Positions 44,950-58,885 of a DNA stretch of 64,000 bases are shown here, one piece after another. Source of the DNA: the human T2T-CHM13v2.0 reference genome, Homo sapiens; the NCBI RefSeq assembly GCF_009914755.1, contig NC_060927.1, one strand, 5' to 3'. Position 1 is the stretch's first letter, and the number at the start of each line of letters is the position of its first letter. The position numbers were made by a program, and so were the translations under genes. Below the pieces are notes generated by a model. The model was not told where the DNA came from. It did not search any database and was given only the letters and a program-made list of their open reading frames with translations.

Positions 44950-45392
44950 CCACGGTAGATAGCATTGCCAAACTCAATTTCTTAGCCCTCCTTGTATCCA
45001 CACCTGTATATGGCCTCTGGGGCCACATGTATTTCCCCACCTCTTCAGTCAAAGCTTGGTCCTAGGACTTCCTTAGGCCCTGATATATGGGTAGAAGTGA
45101 CAGTGCATCTTCACTCAGTTCTCACCCTCTGCCTTAAAAGGTCTTAAGCATTTCTGCTTGCCTTGCTGCATCTCCACTACAGCCATAGAAGTAAGTGACA
45201 TAGTTGGTGTGGTTGCTAGTCTAAGGGAGATGAAAAACACAAAGCAGTATGGAGCAGAGCCATCCACTGAGCCCAGCCTAGATCTGCTAAACCCCAGATG
45301 ATTCACTAAGACACAAGCAAAAATAAATGATTATTGTTTTAAACTTCAGAGTTTTGGGATAATTTGTTATGCAGCAATGGAAAACAAATTCA
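44950..45392 (+). mobile_element. MLT1H/I-like MaLR LTR
   Basis: gggtagaagtgacagtgc...aataaatgattattgttttaaacttcagagttttgggataatttgttatgcagcaat. Confidence 0.8.
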
Positions 45393-46019
45393 GTAACAAA
45401 ATGATGACACTTTTTAAAGCAGTATTTCTATTGCCAACTATAAGTCAAACAGTATGCCTTCTAAATGGCTTACCATAACCTATCTTCACATAACTTTGAT
45501 TTCTAAACTTATTAACCTTGTTACTGTAATTTCAGAGACCCTCAACAATTAATATAAATTAAATTTGTCACTCACCCTACTAAATGAAAGTACTCTGGAA
45601 TACAGTCACCAAAATTAAATAAAGGTTGAGGTCATAGGCCTCCAAATACAGGCCATACAGCATAAGCAAAATTAACTGGGAGGTGGGGTAGGGAGGCAAG
45701 CAGTAGGTCATACCTTAAAGAGAGACCAACGGCTTCCAAAGTAACAACACTAGGCATGAAAGTAGCCCATGTGTGGCCCTCAGGAGAGCTGCCATGTGTA
45801 TGAAGACACACTGGACTGAGAAATCAGTCTCTTCAAATGTGTGCTTTATTCAAAAGATATCAGGGCAGATGTCCCACAGGGTTTGTGTTGATTTGAGTTG
45901 CTTCTCACATGAGCAAAGCTATCCAGCATCCATACGGCAGAAGTTGTTATGGGGACTTATTCATTTACACATGGATAATGAAACTCATGAGCAAGGCTGG
46001 GGAGACCAACTAACAACTC

Positions 46020-46240
46020 TAATAACAATAGTAATAGCTGAATCCCATTGATATGGATGGTGCTAGTCACTGTGTTAAGCACTAAGCATCAATTATTTCA
46101 TTCAATTCATTGAACACTCATAATAACCCAAGGAGGTAGTTATTTTTATTCATTTCTCCAACCAACTTTGCCTTTCGCTTTTACAGGCAAGTATTCTGGA
46201 GCTTGGAGAGACTGAGGGACCTGGCTATAGTTACAAAGGC
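46020..46240 (-). mobile_element. MIR
   Basis: aataacaatagtaatagctg...cactgtgttaagcactaagcatcaattatttcatt. Confidence 0.65.
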
Positions 46241-46344
46241 ATCACCTTGTTTGACAGGGGCTCTCAGGCAAAATTAGAACAGGTAAACTTGATTAGTATT
46301 TGCTTTAGGTAAGTCTTGAACATTTTCTCAGTTAACTGAAGATT

Positions 46345-46609
46345 TTTTTTAATGTTTATGTATTTTTTAATGAATACATTATAATTGTACATAATATTTA
46401 CGGGGTACAATTTGATGTTTCAATACATATCCGTGTTGTGTAATGATCCAATCAGGGTAGTTAGTATATCCATCACCTCATGCACTTATTTGGTGAAAAC
46501 CTTCAATAGCCTCTTTTCTAGTTATTTTGTAATAAACAATATTTTACTGTTAATCATAGTCACCCTACCATGCAATAAAATACCAGAATGTATTTCTCCT
46601 ATCTGGCTG
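46345..46609 (-). mobile_element. L1MA 3' end
   Basis: ataattgtacataatatttacggggtacaatttgatgtttcaatacata...atcagggtagttagtatatccatcacctca. Confidence 0.88.
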
Positions 46610-47971
46610 TTGATTGTAGTTTTAATTCTTTTCTTAAATATGAAGCTTCTGTAACTTCAACTGGTCTGTGAAAATATTATGCCAAATAGAAAGCACTTTT
46701 TGTAAATAAAGGGCGTGTGATGCACTATGAACACCTCCCAAATGATTTGGAGGAAAAAAACATCAATTCCAGTGATATTGTTTCAGATTATCCCAATGGT
46801 CTAGGTTTATTCCAAAGACTTTGACCTAAATCCCTCAGTATTCCCCTTCAACTAACTCTCAACCCATTTGAAATCTTATTCATATGTTCTCACTGTTAGA
46901 TTGTCCACCTACAATTTTTTTTGTCCTTTGAATTACTTTCTACTGAAAATAATACACAGACCTCGGTGTTATTGGAAATTGCATTGTGAATACACAAGGT
47001 TTTTTGTCTAAATTTTAGGTAGTTTTCTCTTTCTGTTGCTACCTCAAAGAGATAACAGATTCTGCAGTCACATTATATGTAAATTATGTACAAGCTTCAC
47101 CACTTGGGCTTGTACATTATTCTACTGATTTTCTACAGTGGCGTGGGGGGCACATAATAGCCAGCAACAAATTATTAGAAATTAAATTCAAACCCAGTGT
47201 ATGCTGGATATGAGCATTTCCAATGCATTTTGCCTCCAATTTAGTTCAGATGACTAAAAACAGACCTGTGGGACTGTTTAAAGGCACTAAATCTCCACAG
47301 AATCATGCAGTGCTATGACATAGGCATTCTGTTCTCAAATATTCATCATTTATCAGCAACGGAAACAAACATAGGATTCACATGTGCAAACTAACAAAAT
47401 AGATGGTCCTAGCTGACATACCAGTTTGACTCAACTGACTATTACCCTTACAATGAGCAGCTTCTTAAACCACACTTATCCTGGTCCCCTTTATCTATGT
47501 TAGAGAAACAAGACCATCTCTACTATTAATTCTGTCTCAAAACTTCAGGTTACCTAGTTTTTTCCCTCAAAGATTATTCATCTTCGACAGTCACCACTGC
47601 TTCACAAAACAGATTTTATTGTTTTCTTTGCCAATTAAGGGCTCCCCAAGAACAGTGAATAATCTGTCAGGTTGTTATAAACCATCAAAAGTTCTAGAAA
47701 TGTCACATTACCTCCTTCAAATATTTTTTAACATGCAACAGGGACATACAGCTTTGTCATCAAAAGCTGTATTGGTTTCCTCATATTTTCTAATCTACAC
47801 CATAAAGGGAAGATGTTTATCATAATGGCAAAATAAATAATTTAGCCAGTCCAAATCTCTTACAATTGCATGTGGCAAACCAAAGTCAAAATGAAGGAGA
47901 GGAGGGTGGAATAGAGGTTAATTTGCTCACATGACAAGAAGCCTTGTGACTTTATTTAGGATAGGTCTAGG

Positions 47972-48156
47972 CAGTGAGGCTGGTAAACATTTAAAAATAT
48001 ACTCATTTAAAAAAAAAAAAAGGGCAGGGGGTAGGAGGGGGCTGACTTGCAGCCAATTTCAAGCTACCAACATGCTGTCAACCAGCTCACAGAATTCCTG
48101 AACATTTAACAATAGGCTATTGTATGCTGGGATGAGCCATCCCCAGCATGATACTA
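47972..48156 (-). mobile_element. MER63A (hAT-Blackjack) nested in an MLT1-like LTR (~47840-48480)
   Basis: gctggtaaacattt...gccaatttcaagctaccaacatg...aattcctgaacatttaacaatagg. Confidence 0.8.
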
Positions 48157-51100
48157 GATCCAGCTATCAAACAATATCATAAACACCCCATCCTCTCTTC
48201 TCTTTTTCCTGCTTTACTTCATCTGATTTCATTCTCAAACAGATTTACTCAAAGATGACTGCAGAGGAATGTTCTCAGAGGGCTCTAAATAGGTTGGCTT
48301 TGGATCTGCCCTCTTAAAACTACACATTACCACAGAGGAATGAAGTATTCTGATCACCCAGTTTGGGAGCTAGAGAGAATGGGGGTAGCTACGTTCAAAC
48401 CATTTGGATGAGGCAGGACTCGTCTGAAATGGGGTAAGTGTAGCCCTCCTAAGAAAGAAGCACTGTGCGGATGAACATCATGAACACCATCCAAGTTTCA
48501 ACATGTCTGAGATTAAATCTGCAGCAAAAGTTTACTCCATTTCTGGGTGTGTAAAGCAGCTAAAACTTCCTACCATGCGTCCGCTATCCATGGAAATCCG
48601 GAACAAAAGCTTAAGATCCAAGAAAATAAAATGTGTTTTGAAGAAAAATATGCTCTTGCAACATAAAGAAGCTGTCTTCAGTTACAAATAAATATAAAAT
48701 GTGAAGATATATAATTGCTGCATAAATTTATTAATAGAAGTGCTAATGCCATAAATCGTACATCTCCATTTTGACACGCAATCCTTTATTTTCCTTTCAC
48801 TGAGGAAGAAAAATAAAGGAGCGGAACTGGTAATATTGCTTGCAACTAAATTGGATTTTCCACCAGAGAAAGCTGTTTAGAAAAAGCTATTCTAAAAAAG
48901 CAAAATAGTACTCACAAAAGGGTATTAATGAATCCAACCAGGAGGAAAAAGCCTCCAACAATACAAAGCTTTCCAAAACCTCTTTCAGGACTGAAAGCCA
49001 AAAGGATGCTTTGAACTCTCTGTCTTTGCAGAAACCATCTCACCTACAAACCGAGTATGAGATAGAGTTCAAATTTTAGAATAAGAACTCTTAATTCAAA
49101 CTACAAGTCTTAACTGACGATTCAAGAGGAGAGACTGCAGCAGCTCTGGGTTTCGAAGGAAACCGATACATCCTGCCCTCAAACTGTGAGGCACTATAGG
49201 AGCAAGATGTAAAGGATGCAGTGCCTTTGCGCTCCCACCTCCGCCACCGTGGGTGTCATAATACAGAGGTGAAAGTTCAACATGCGACAGGTAGGGATGC
49301 AGCAGACTCTGTGGCTTTATACTGCATAGGTCTTTCACTGCTTGGTCACAGAATTTCTTTGAATCCTATTTGTTTATACACTGATATTTATGTAATAACA
49401 AAAGAGTAAGTAAAGAGCAAGGAAACAGCCAAGAAACCCTGAGCAAATTTTTTTCCCCCTAAGAATAAAGGAGTTGAGTTAGGCTATCTTCCCGGAGCTT
49501 CTCTTTATCGCTAGATGCAGTCAGCTGGAAACATATGCCTGCTAATTGCTGAATGTGTGCCTCATGGAGCAACGGTGCAGTTGTCGAACGACCTCGGGGA
49601 AACAAGTCTAGGCCTATTTGTGCATTTCTTTCTTTCACCATGGGACTCAAGTGCTTCGCCAGGCCACTATTAGGACAGTGGAAAATCAAGGTGGAAGGCT
49701 CTGATGAAATCAATTATCACTAAGTTATTTTCACTGGTGAAGGGGTTTCCTCACAGGGGTTTAATAGTAAATTATTCTTTCCATGGGATGTGCTAGATTA
49801 ATGGAGGAAACAAAGCAAACAAATGTTGCCTGGTAAGACTAAGAGGAGGGTCCCAAAATACTAATATTTACTGCCCATGAAGAGATAGCCACATTCACAA
49901 GAAAATAAATGTAAACCTACAATTCCAGAGGCGAAAAGGAAAAAGAAATGCTAAATGGCAGTTATTTCCTCAGTGTTATACATTACACATATCAATAAAC
50001 CCTAGAGTCCCATACTATACATGCCATATGGATAGATAAATGGCATATGTGGTAATAGTCTTTCAAACTGGATGATAGTACTTTGCACAAGTCAGGGATG
50101 CAGCAATTGTTTGAAAATAGGGAAAATAACCATTTTCTAGCATTACCTAGTGAAATGTAAGTGTGGGTACAGTTTGGGAGAATCTGTATAGTATTTATTT
50201 TTATCCTAGCAAACTATACTTTACCTTTCTGGTAGAATTTTAACTTTGGATATTTTACAAATATCATATATAGTCTTGGTAACATCTTTTATTTAAAATC
50301 ACAAATATTAGTTGGATAGATGTGTTAAGGGAGATTTACCAGACTGCATACACAAAGGAGGCCATCAGACATGGGCATCTGAATTGATATAGGTTACACC
50401 ACACCGTAGTTAAAGACCAAATATCTGCCAGTGTTCCCAATAAGGAAAGATAACTAAGATAAAAGAATGTCTCTTGCAGAATTAAGACCTTGGGATTCTT
50501 TTAAAGCCTGGGTTTACATCCTTTGCTCAGAAGAGAAAGACACATTATTTCAATATATTTTCATTCATTCTTCGGCATTAACTGTCTTAATAAAGGCAGT
50601 GCTTCTCACTTAAAAAATAAATTTAGCTTTAACAAAGTAAGTGTAAACGTGACCCTAATTTTCACTCTGCTGTCCTTTCTTCCCTGTTGTGCTTATTAGC
50701 TGCTGCTCTTTGACCTTGAACAGTAATCCTTTGAGCATGCCTCCTTCCACCATCAAGAGGAGGTTCCCTACGGTCTGGTAGTATTTCTATCATAGTTGTT
50801 GACATGCCAGGGAAAATAATTTCCTTTGGACACTATAACCCTTCTCGAAACCAGCTCCTTCAAACAACTCACCTAATTGAACGTGAAAGACATGAAACCA
50901 CTGGTGTCAGAAATTAAATATAGGTGTTTCTTTGTTTTCTTTGGCATTTCTTCTATTTACTTTCTGTCATCTATGCCATAGGATTTAGAAAGGAAAGCTA
51001 TGGAAATAGGCACCATCAACTAGAACTCCAAGAGAGAATTTTGTATGAGGAACACAGTCCACCAGCAGAAATAGAATAGTGTTGGATATACTCTTCAACA

Positions 51101-51364
51101 TGCTTTTTTTTTTTTCAGGATCAATGTTGATGGACTGTATTGAAAACAAAAGGGTAATTCTTCTATGGAGTTGTCTTGCAAAATTCTATTCTAGGGTTTT
51201 GTCTTTGTCCTTTGTAAGCACAAAGCAAATGAGAAAACAAGTATATGGTATTTTGATCAAAATATATCTGCCATTAAACCTAAGGTTCCGGAGCTCCATG
51301 GTATCTGGAAGATGCTTTAGAGGGTAGGTAGCCTGAAGGTGCTGCGGTGCCATCAAAGGGCAAT

Positions 51365-52077
<713 letters not shown>

Positions 52078-52243
52078 TAGGAATACGGTACTGTAATTTC
52101 TCCTTGGGTATAAAATATATTGGAGTCAATCACTGTTGCCCCTACCCTAGTGGGGATATGGCAATGATCTCACCCCATAAGGCAAACACTAGAAATTTAT
52201 GCTTCAGAATTCCATCTAGCTTTGGTTACTTTTTGATACTTAT

Positions 52244-52364
52244 GATTATTATTTTTATTTGAAACAGAGGCTCACTATGTTTTCCAGGCTGGACTTGCAT
52301 TCTTTAGTCTCAGGTGATTCTCCCACCTCAGTCTCAAAAGTCGCTGAGACTATAGGTGTGCACC
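52244..52364 (-). mobile_element. FLAM (free left Alu monomer)
   Basis: gaggctcactatgttttccaggctgg...ctcccacctcagtctc...gactataggtgtgcacc. Confidence 0.8.
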
Positions 52365-52391
52365 TTAATTATTTTAAGAAAAGAATGTAAT

Positions 52392-52698
<307 letters not shown>

Positions 52699-53069
52699 TT
52701 AAAAATCAGCATGAACTGAAATTTACTTCACAATGGAATTAAAGACCCCCAACAAGTCATAATATGCTTATATGGCAATATCACATTGTTTGTGTGAGTT
52801 ATAAAGTTGGATGGATTTGCACTGGCATCTTTTCACGGTTTTAGTGAGAGAATCATGCATCATCCAAGGAACTCTGATGTAAAAGACTGGACATGAGAAT
52901 TATTACAGCTTTGAAATTCTGTCAATTTCCTACCCATTTAGTCAGATTTAAGAATAGTATGAACCTATCTTACCCAAAAAAATAGGTTCTAAAGTCAGTA
53001 CATAAATTATATAATCATGTGATATGACTTTATCATATCAGTTTACATTCCTGAATATAATATGGTCCA

Positions 53070-53823
53070 ATATCTTCAAAACATATCAAGACTCTGATCA
53101 CTTCTTACCATTCACACCATTATCATCAAGTTGAAACCACCATCACCTGTTTTCTGAGTTACTTCCAAAGCCTCCTTATCAGTCCAAACTTAGTCCCATG
53201 CAATGTATTCTTCAAAGAACCAGTAAATTCTTTTAAAAAATAAATAAACAGATGAGATCACAGCACTACTTAACACCTCTAACGTCCTCCCATTGCAAAA
53301 TCTGTACCGTGACTTACAAGGTCTTCTCGATTTGATTTGCCCCATCCCTATCCATCTAATCCCAATTCCTACCACTCTCCCTCTCTCTCACAAAGCTTCA
53401 GCCCCACTGTCTTTCTTGCTGTTCCTTCAACATTCCAAGATCTTTCTCTCCTCGGGGGCTTTAAACCTTCCTACCTCTGCCTGCAATTGTTTTCCTCTTA
53501 ATACTTCCAAGGTCTCCCTTTTGAATCCATTCAGTTTACTGCACCAATCTCATATCTTCAAAAAGTTTTTCCTAGACCTCCTATCAAAAATAAGGCCCCT
53601 TTCCTAATACTCACTATCCCCTTATTTTCCTCCTAGCACCTGCAACTATATAATTTCCCTGTTGACATGCTGATTATCCATCTTATCCACTGAAATATAA
53701 TCCCTATGGGCACAAGTACTTTTGTTTATTTGCTGCTGAATCATAGCATCAAGCATAGAGCCTGGCACCTATAAATTGCTCTATAAATTTCTGGTGAATA
53801 AATGAATCAATCAATAAATGAAT
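53070..53823 (+). mobile_element. L2a 3' portion
   Basis: gatcacttcttacca...gagcctggcacctataaattgctctataaatttctggtgaataaatgaat. Confidence 0.82.
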
Positions 53824-54409
53824 CTTCCAACAACATGATGCAACACAGACCAACGTTCAGATCCTACAAGGTCTAATAATGTGGCTAAAGGGGCACCTGT
53901 TCTTGGTTCCCTTTGGTGAAAACCTGATAATCAATGAATGGCAAGCATATTTACATATTTAAAAGTTTGCCTGCAAGGTAATCTTACCTTGAGGCTGTGT
54001 AATAGGAGTAAGTATCTATTAGCTCGTAGGAAGCACATGCACACATGTATGTACACACATAAACTACTCTGATCTCTCATGTCTTCAACAACTTGACTAC
54101 ATTTTTACCTGAAAAAATTATTGTAGCTATTACGAATGTGATGCACTAACCAGAGAGCAGAAACAAATTGAGTTGTTTGTTTCTCCAGGAGGGAAAGCAG
54201 GCCGCAGCTACTTCCAGAAGGTCAAGAGATCAGGGTATGAATACCTAAGACATGTGTGTGTATATTTCTGCCACAGGGAGTTTTCACACAATACACAAAT
54301 GGAGGATCAACTAACAGGCTGCCAGTCAAGGGGAGATTCAAGAAGTTTCAAAGAAATGCTCTGAACCCCAAAATAACAAAGGAAAACATGTTTTGAAAAG
54401 TACACAAAG

Positions 54410-54630
54410 ACAGTTCTCTTAAAAATCTGCCAGGACTCCTTGCCAAAATGGCATGTTACACATCCCCTTCTCTATAACCTATACCATCTGGGCTTTCCGT
54501 ACCCCACCAGCAGGGTGTAAGAATGCCTATTCATTTGCACCCCTGCCCATATAAGTTATTATAACTTTTTAAAAATCATTCCCAAACCTGTAGGTTAAAA
54601 CATGATGTCTCCCTGCTTTAATTTGGAGGT
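54410..54630 (-). mobile_element. L1M fragment
   Basis: ccccaccagcagggtgtaagaatgcctatt...catgatgtctccctgctttaatttg. Confidence 0.6.
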
Positions 54631-55585
54631 CTCTAAGTTGCTTACGGTACAACCTCAGGATCCATTCATGCTCATTTTGTAGCTACAAAAGAAAAAGCTC
54701 TAAAGGAAGGCCAAGTGAAATCCTGGACATGCAGTGTGATGAAGAAATAAGGGCTGCTGCTTAACCAAGAGTCAACTCAAGCAGTCTCTGTGAAGTTCTT
54801 TCTCACTGCCTCTGTTTATTTTCCTCCTCAGCCAACACACGACTAACAGCAGCATCTTGAATTTGCGTTACAATTTACCAAGCACCTTTATTTTCCTCAA
54901 TGATCTTCATAAAAATTCTGTACTATGGATAAGATGACTCTGTTTTCCAGATGCAGATCCAGAAAATGGACTTTCCCTCAGTGTCTCCAGTTATTAAGTA
55001 GTAAAACCCAGACTAGAACCTGTGTTTTCTCATGGCCTCTTCAAAGTTCTTTCTACGATGGCATAGTTCCTTAAGATAAACCGAGTGAAAGAAAGGTAAC
55101 TTTCACTCACAATTCACCAGAAAAAAAAAAAAAAAAAAAAAAAGAGGAGGTGGGGGAGAAAGAGGTGCTACACTCAGCTGAGCCCACCTGTTTGGTTTCT
55201 GTTAGCTTTGACCAAAGTGCCAGTCATTACACTAAAATTCTATTTTGAGGTTTATCATGAATATTGGTTTCTACAAAATTCTTCATTAATTAATGCTAGA
55301 AAACACAGCTCTCAGTCAATTGCCATGGGGCACAATACCCAGGCACTGCTTTTCTTTGTTCTTCCCAGTCTTAGGGACACCAATCCAGATAGAATTACGT
55401 CCAAAAGTAGCCTAAGGCCACGTTTATGAAATAAAAACACCAAGGACACAGGCTGATTTTAGGGCAAATTTTAGGTCTGGCATTTTATCATTCTGCTCTA
55501 GATCTAGGGGTTAAACTCTACTGAAATAACTATGGTTGCTTTTGGTGGAAACCCCCTTCCCCAGGCCCTTCCAGCCCTGGCCAGG

Positions 55586-55860
55586 ATTCAATCATCCATT
55601 CAACAGCTATTCACTACACATTCACATTGTGCTAGGTGCTGGGCATACAATGAAGAACAAGATAGACACTGTTTTTGTTCTTTAGAGATGACATACTAGT
55701 AAGAGAGACACACTAAAAACAAGTAAACAAACAAAGTTATGATTGACTATAAGTGTAATACTCTAAAGGAAACAAACAGGGGCACTAATGGAGAATAACG
55801 AAGGCACCTTCTTTGTTTAGGGTGGCCAAGCAAGGCCTCCCTGGAAAGTAAGTTAGTAAC
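55586..55860 (-). mobile_element. L2 fragment
   Basis: cattcaacagctatt...gtgctaggtgctgggcatacaatgaagaacaagatagac. Confidence 0.75.
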
Positions 55861-55874
55861 AGAACTGCCATTAA

Positions 55875-56014
55875 CCCACTTAGGCCTAGTGTTCCATTAC
55901 TGGAATGCCAAGCATGTGGGAGTTATCCATATCCTACTGCTCAAAGTCATCGCCAAGGTCTGATTTTTCACTCATGCAAAAATTCAAAAAATTACAACCT
56001 CCGGCATATATGAG
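55875..56014 (+). mobile_element. MER85, complete 140-bp piggyBac (PGBD3-derived) MITE
   Basis: TTAA|cccacttaggcctagtgttccattactggaatgccaagcatgtgggagtt...tcatcgccaaggtctga...aacctccggcatatatgag|TCAA; exactly 140 bp. Confidence 0.93.
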
Positions 56015-56669
56015 TCAATAAGCATTCCTTCCTTGACCTACACATGCTTCAATCCATATTATTTTCCTTAGTAGGTGGCTGATGAACAGGTCAAAAACCA
56101 AACAGGCCATGGTAGGGATGGCATCAGGCATACCGAAAAATTCTGCTTTAGAAATCAGTCATGAAAGGTCATTCCAGTTTAAATTACAATCAACATATAG
56201 AAGCTAGAAACTCCAATCAGGGCAAAAATGGCCTCTTTATATCCCATCAAGGAATCATTTATCTAAGATGACAACAGGTATATTGCCAACAAATCCACAA
56301 TTCTATTTCCAATTAATGCAAACTTATAATATTCCAAGCTGTTATTAGATTTCAATTAATAACCTGTGATGCCTCATTAATGCAAATATGCTCTTCGTGG
56401 TGCTAAACCTTCATTAGTGAAATGGGTCCAATGACATGACGGTTTCATATGATAATGGAACTATGATTAAAAGGCACAATTAATCATTTTCTTCTACTAC
56501 ATAATCTCTGTGACAGTTTACTTATGCCTATATGAAGCATTTGTTTCTTGCAAACAGTCAATTTATATTTAAACTATTCAATAGCAGAAAGAAAAGCAGA
56601 AATATCATACTAAATTATCTCTAATAGTTGCAAAGAATCCCAGCACCAAGTTAGGTTGTTCAAGAATAA

Positions 56670-56946
56670 GGACCAGGCACGATGGCTCACATACACCTGT
56701 AATCCGAGCATTTTGGGAGGCCAAAGTGAGAGGATCACTTGAGCCTAAGAGTTTGAGACCAATCTGGGCAACATAGTGAGATCCCAGTTTTACAAAAAAA
56801 AATTAGCCAGGCATGCACCTGTACTCTCAGCTACTCGGGAGACTGAGGTGGGAGGACCATCTGAGCCCAGGAGGTCGAGGCTGCATAAGCCATGATCATG
56901 CCACTGCACTACAGCCTGGGTGACAGAGTCAAAAAAAAAAAAAAAA
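56670..56946 (+). mobile_element. AluJ
   Basis: ggatcacttgagcctaagagtttgagacc...gaggctgcataagccatgatc; poly(A). Confidence 0.94.
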
Positions 56947-57199
56947 GTCACAGAGCTGGTGCCATTCTCCATTAAGAGCATAAAGTGTGAAACAGAAAAT
57001 CTCAGTCACACGGCTGTCAGTGCTTTTTCTTTCTCTTGTCTGTGTACTTTCCATTCTTTGAACCCTGAATTGCTCCACCAGCAGGTTCAAGCCAGCAACA
57101 GATCCTGAACCAAACACAGCAAAAACAGGACACTATTCCCACCCCTCATTTTCTCCCCAACTACCCCACGCAGCAAAGTTTGACTTGAAGCGAAGCTGC

Positions 57200-57460
57200 C
57201 TGGAACAGTCCATTACTACTACCTGCCCAGTGTCCTTCCCCAATTCTGACAATAACACTGTTTTGCCTTTGCAGAACTGCCCATCTCTCATATCCATGTG
57301 GGCCTGGTTGGGTGGTCAATTGCAACTCTTCCCTCAAGCAGCCAGAGAGAGGGTCAGAAGCAAGGCTGGGCCATCAAATACCCCAATACTCAGCACAGTG
57401 ATTGATCCAGGAATGGGCTCCTGAATCCAGCAGTCTCCTGCGTTTTTTTTCTGACATTCA
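57200..57460 (+). mobile_element. MLT1K/L-like fragment
   Basis: gaactgcccatctctcatatccatgtggg...agtgattgatccaggaatgggc. Confidence 0.5.
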
Positions 57461-57826
57461 TTTACTGCTAATAAAGAATACCACGTTGACTCCATGCGTT
57501 AGCTTTGTTTGCTGTTTGTGATTTGTGGAGAATCGCAGAAGTGAAAAGTAACAAACACATGTCAAGGGCCATCCACCCCACTCCAACCTCCACCTCAACC
57601 GTCACCCAAGTAAAGTCCAGCTCCTTTAGACTCCCTCTCTCTCAGTCCCCAGTGTTACTTATTGCCAAGAGACATAAAGTGTGCAAAAGCCACACACTTC
57701 TCCTTCTAAAGTAAATATAGTTTTAAAAATCTATTGAGATTTCATTTTAATTGTTGCTTAGTAACCATTGCAAGATTGGAACTGTTTCCTAGCTTAAAAA
57801 ATAACACTATAAAAAAGATCATTTAG

Positions 57827-58127
<301 letters not shown>

Positions 58128-58221
58128 TTAAAATTAAGCTGTCTAATTGTTTTAAAACTCAGATGTTATAGTAGCTTTGCATCGGAGATACAATCCTAAA
58201 AAATTTAAAACAAAACAAAAT

Positions 58222-58518
58222 GACTGGGTGCAGCGGTTCACACCTGGAATCCCAGCACTTTGGGAGGCCAAGGGGGAAGAATCACTAGAGCCCAGGAGTT
58301 CAAGAACAACCTAGGCAACATAGTGAGATCTTGTCTCTATAAAAATTTTTTTTTTAAATTAGCCGGCCATAATGGTGAGCACCTGTAGTCCCATCTACTC
58401 AGGAGGCTGAGGTGAGAGGATTGCTTGAGCCTAAGAAGTTGAGGCTGCAGTGAGCCATGATTGCACCACTGACTTTCACCTGGGCAATGGAGTGAGACCC
58501 TGTCTCAAAAATAAATAA
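58222..58518 (+). mobile_element. AluJ
   Basis: gaggctgcagtgagccatgattgcacc; TSD aaRcaaaatg. Confidence 0.95.
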
Positions 58519-58679
58519 GTATAAAGCAAAATGTTTGAGGATTTTATTTCAATAATGCCAATCTATTCCTCTTCAACGTTTTGATCTAATGTATGAATTG
58601 TGACTCTGTCCTCTTGGCAACAAAAGTAATGCTGGGTCTTAATCAATGTGCATTAGTATGCTAGCAAAATGATACTTCT

Positions 58680-58885
58680 TCCATATGTAGTTATATATTA
58701 AATATATATAAAATAGAAGTGTTAGATACGACTCTTATGATTAAGATATATCTTTATTTAAATAACTATCCCTTACTGGAAAATAAATATGTATTTATAC
58801 ATTTTTGATTAATAAATCAATACTCATTTATAATCTGATTTATAAATATTTTTTATTTATAAACATTTATTGATTTATTAAGTGC
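58680..58885. repeat. AT-rich low-complexity tract
   Basis: Almost exclusively A/T. Confidence 0.75.

Noticed and set aside
51100-51160. Plus-strand poly(T)-CAG acceptor with nearby GTAATT donor
   Set aside because: Expected by chance next to a T-run; no other plus-strand support
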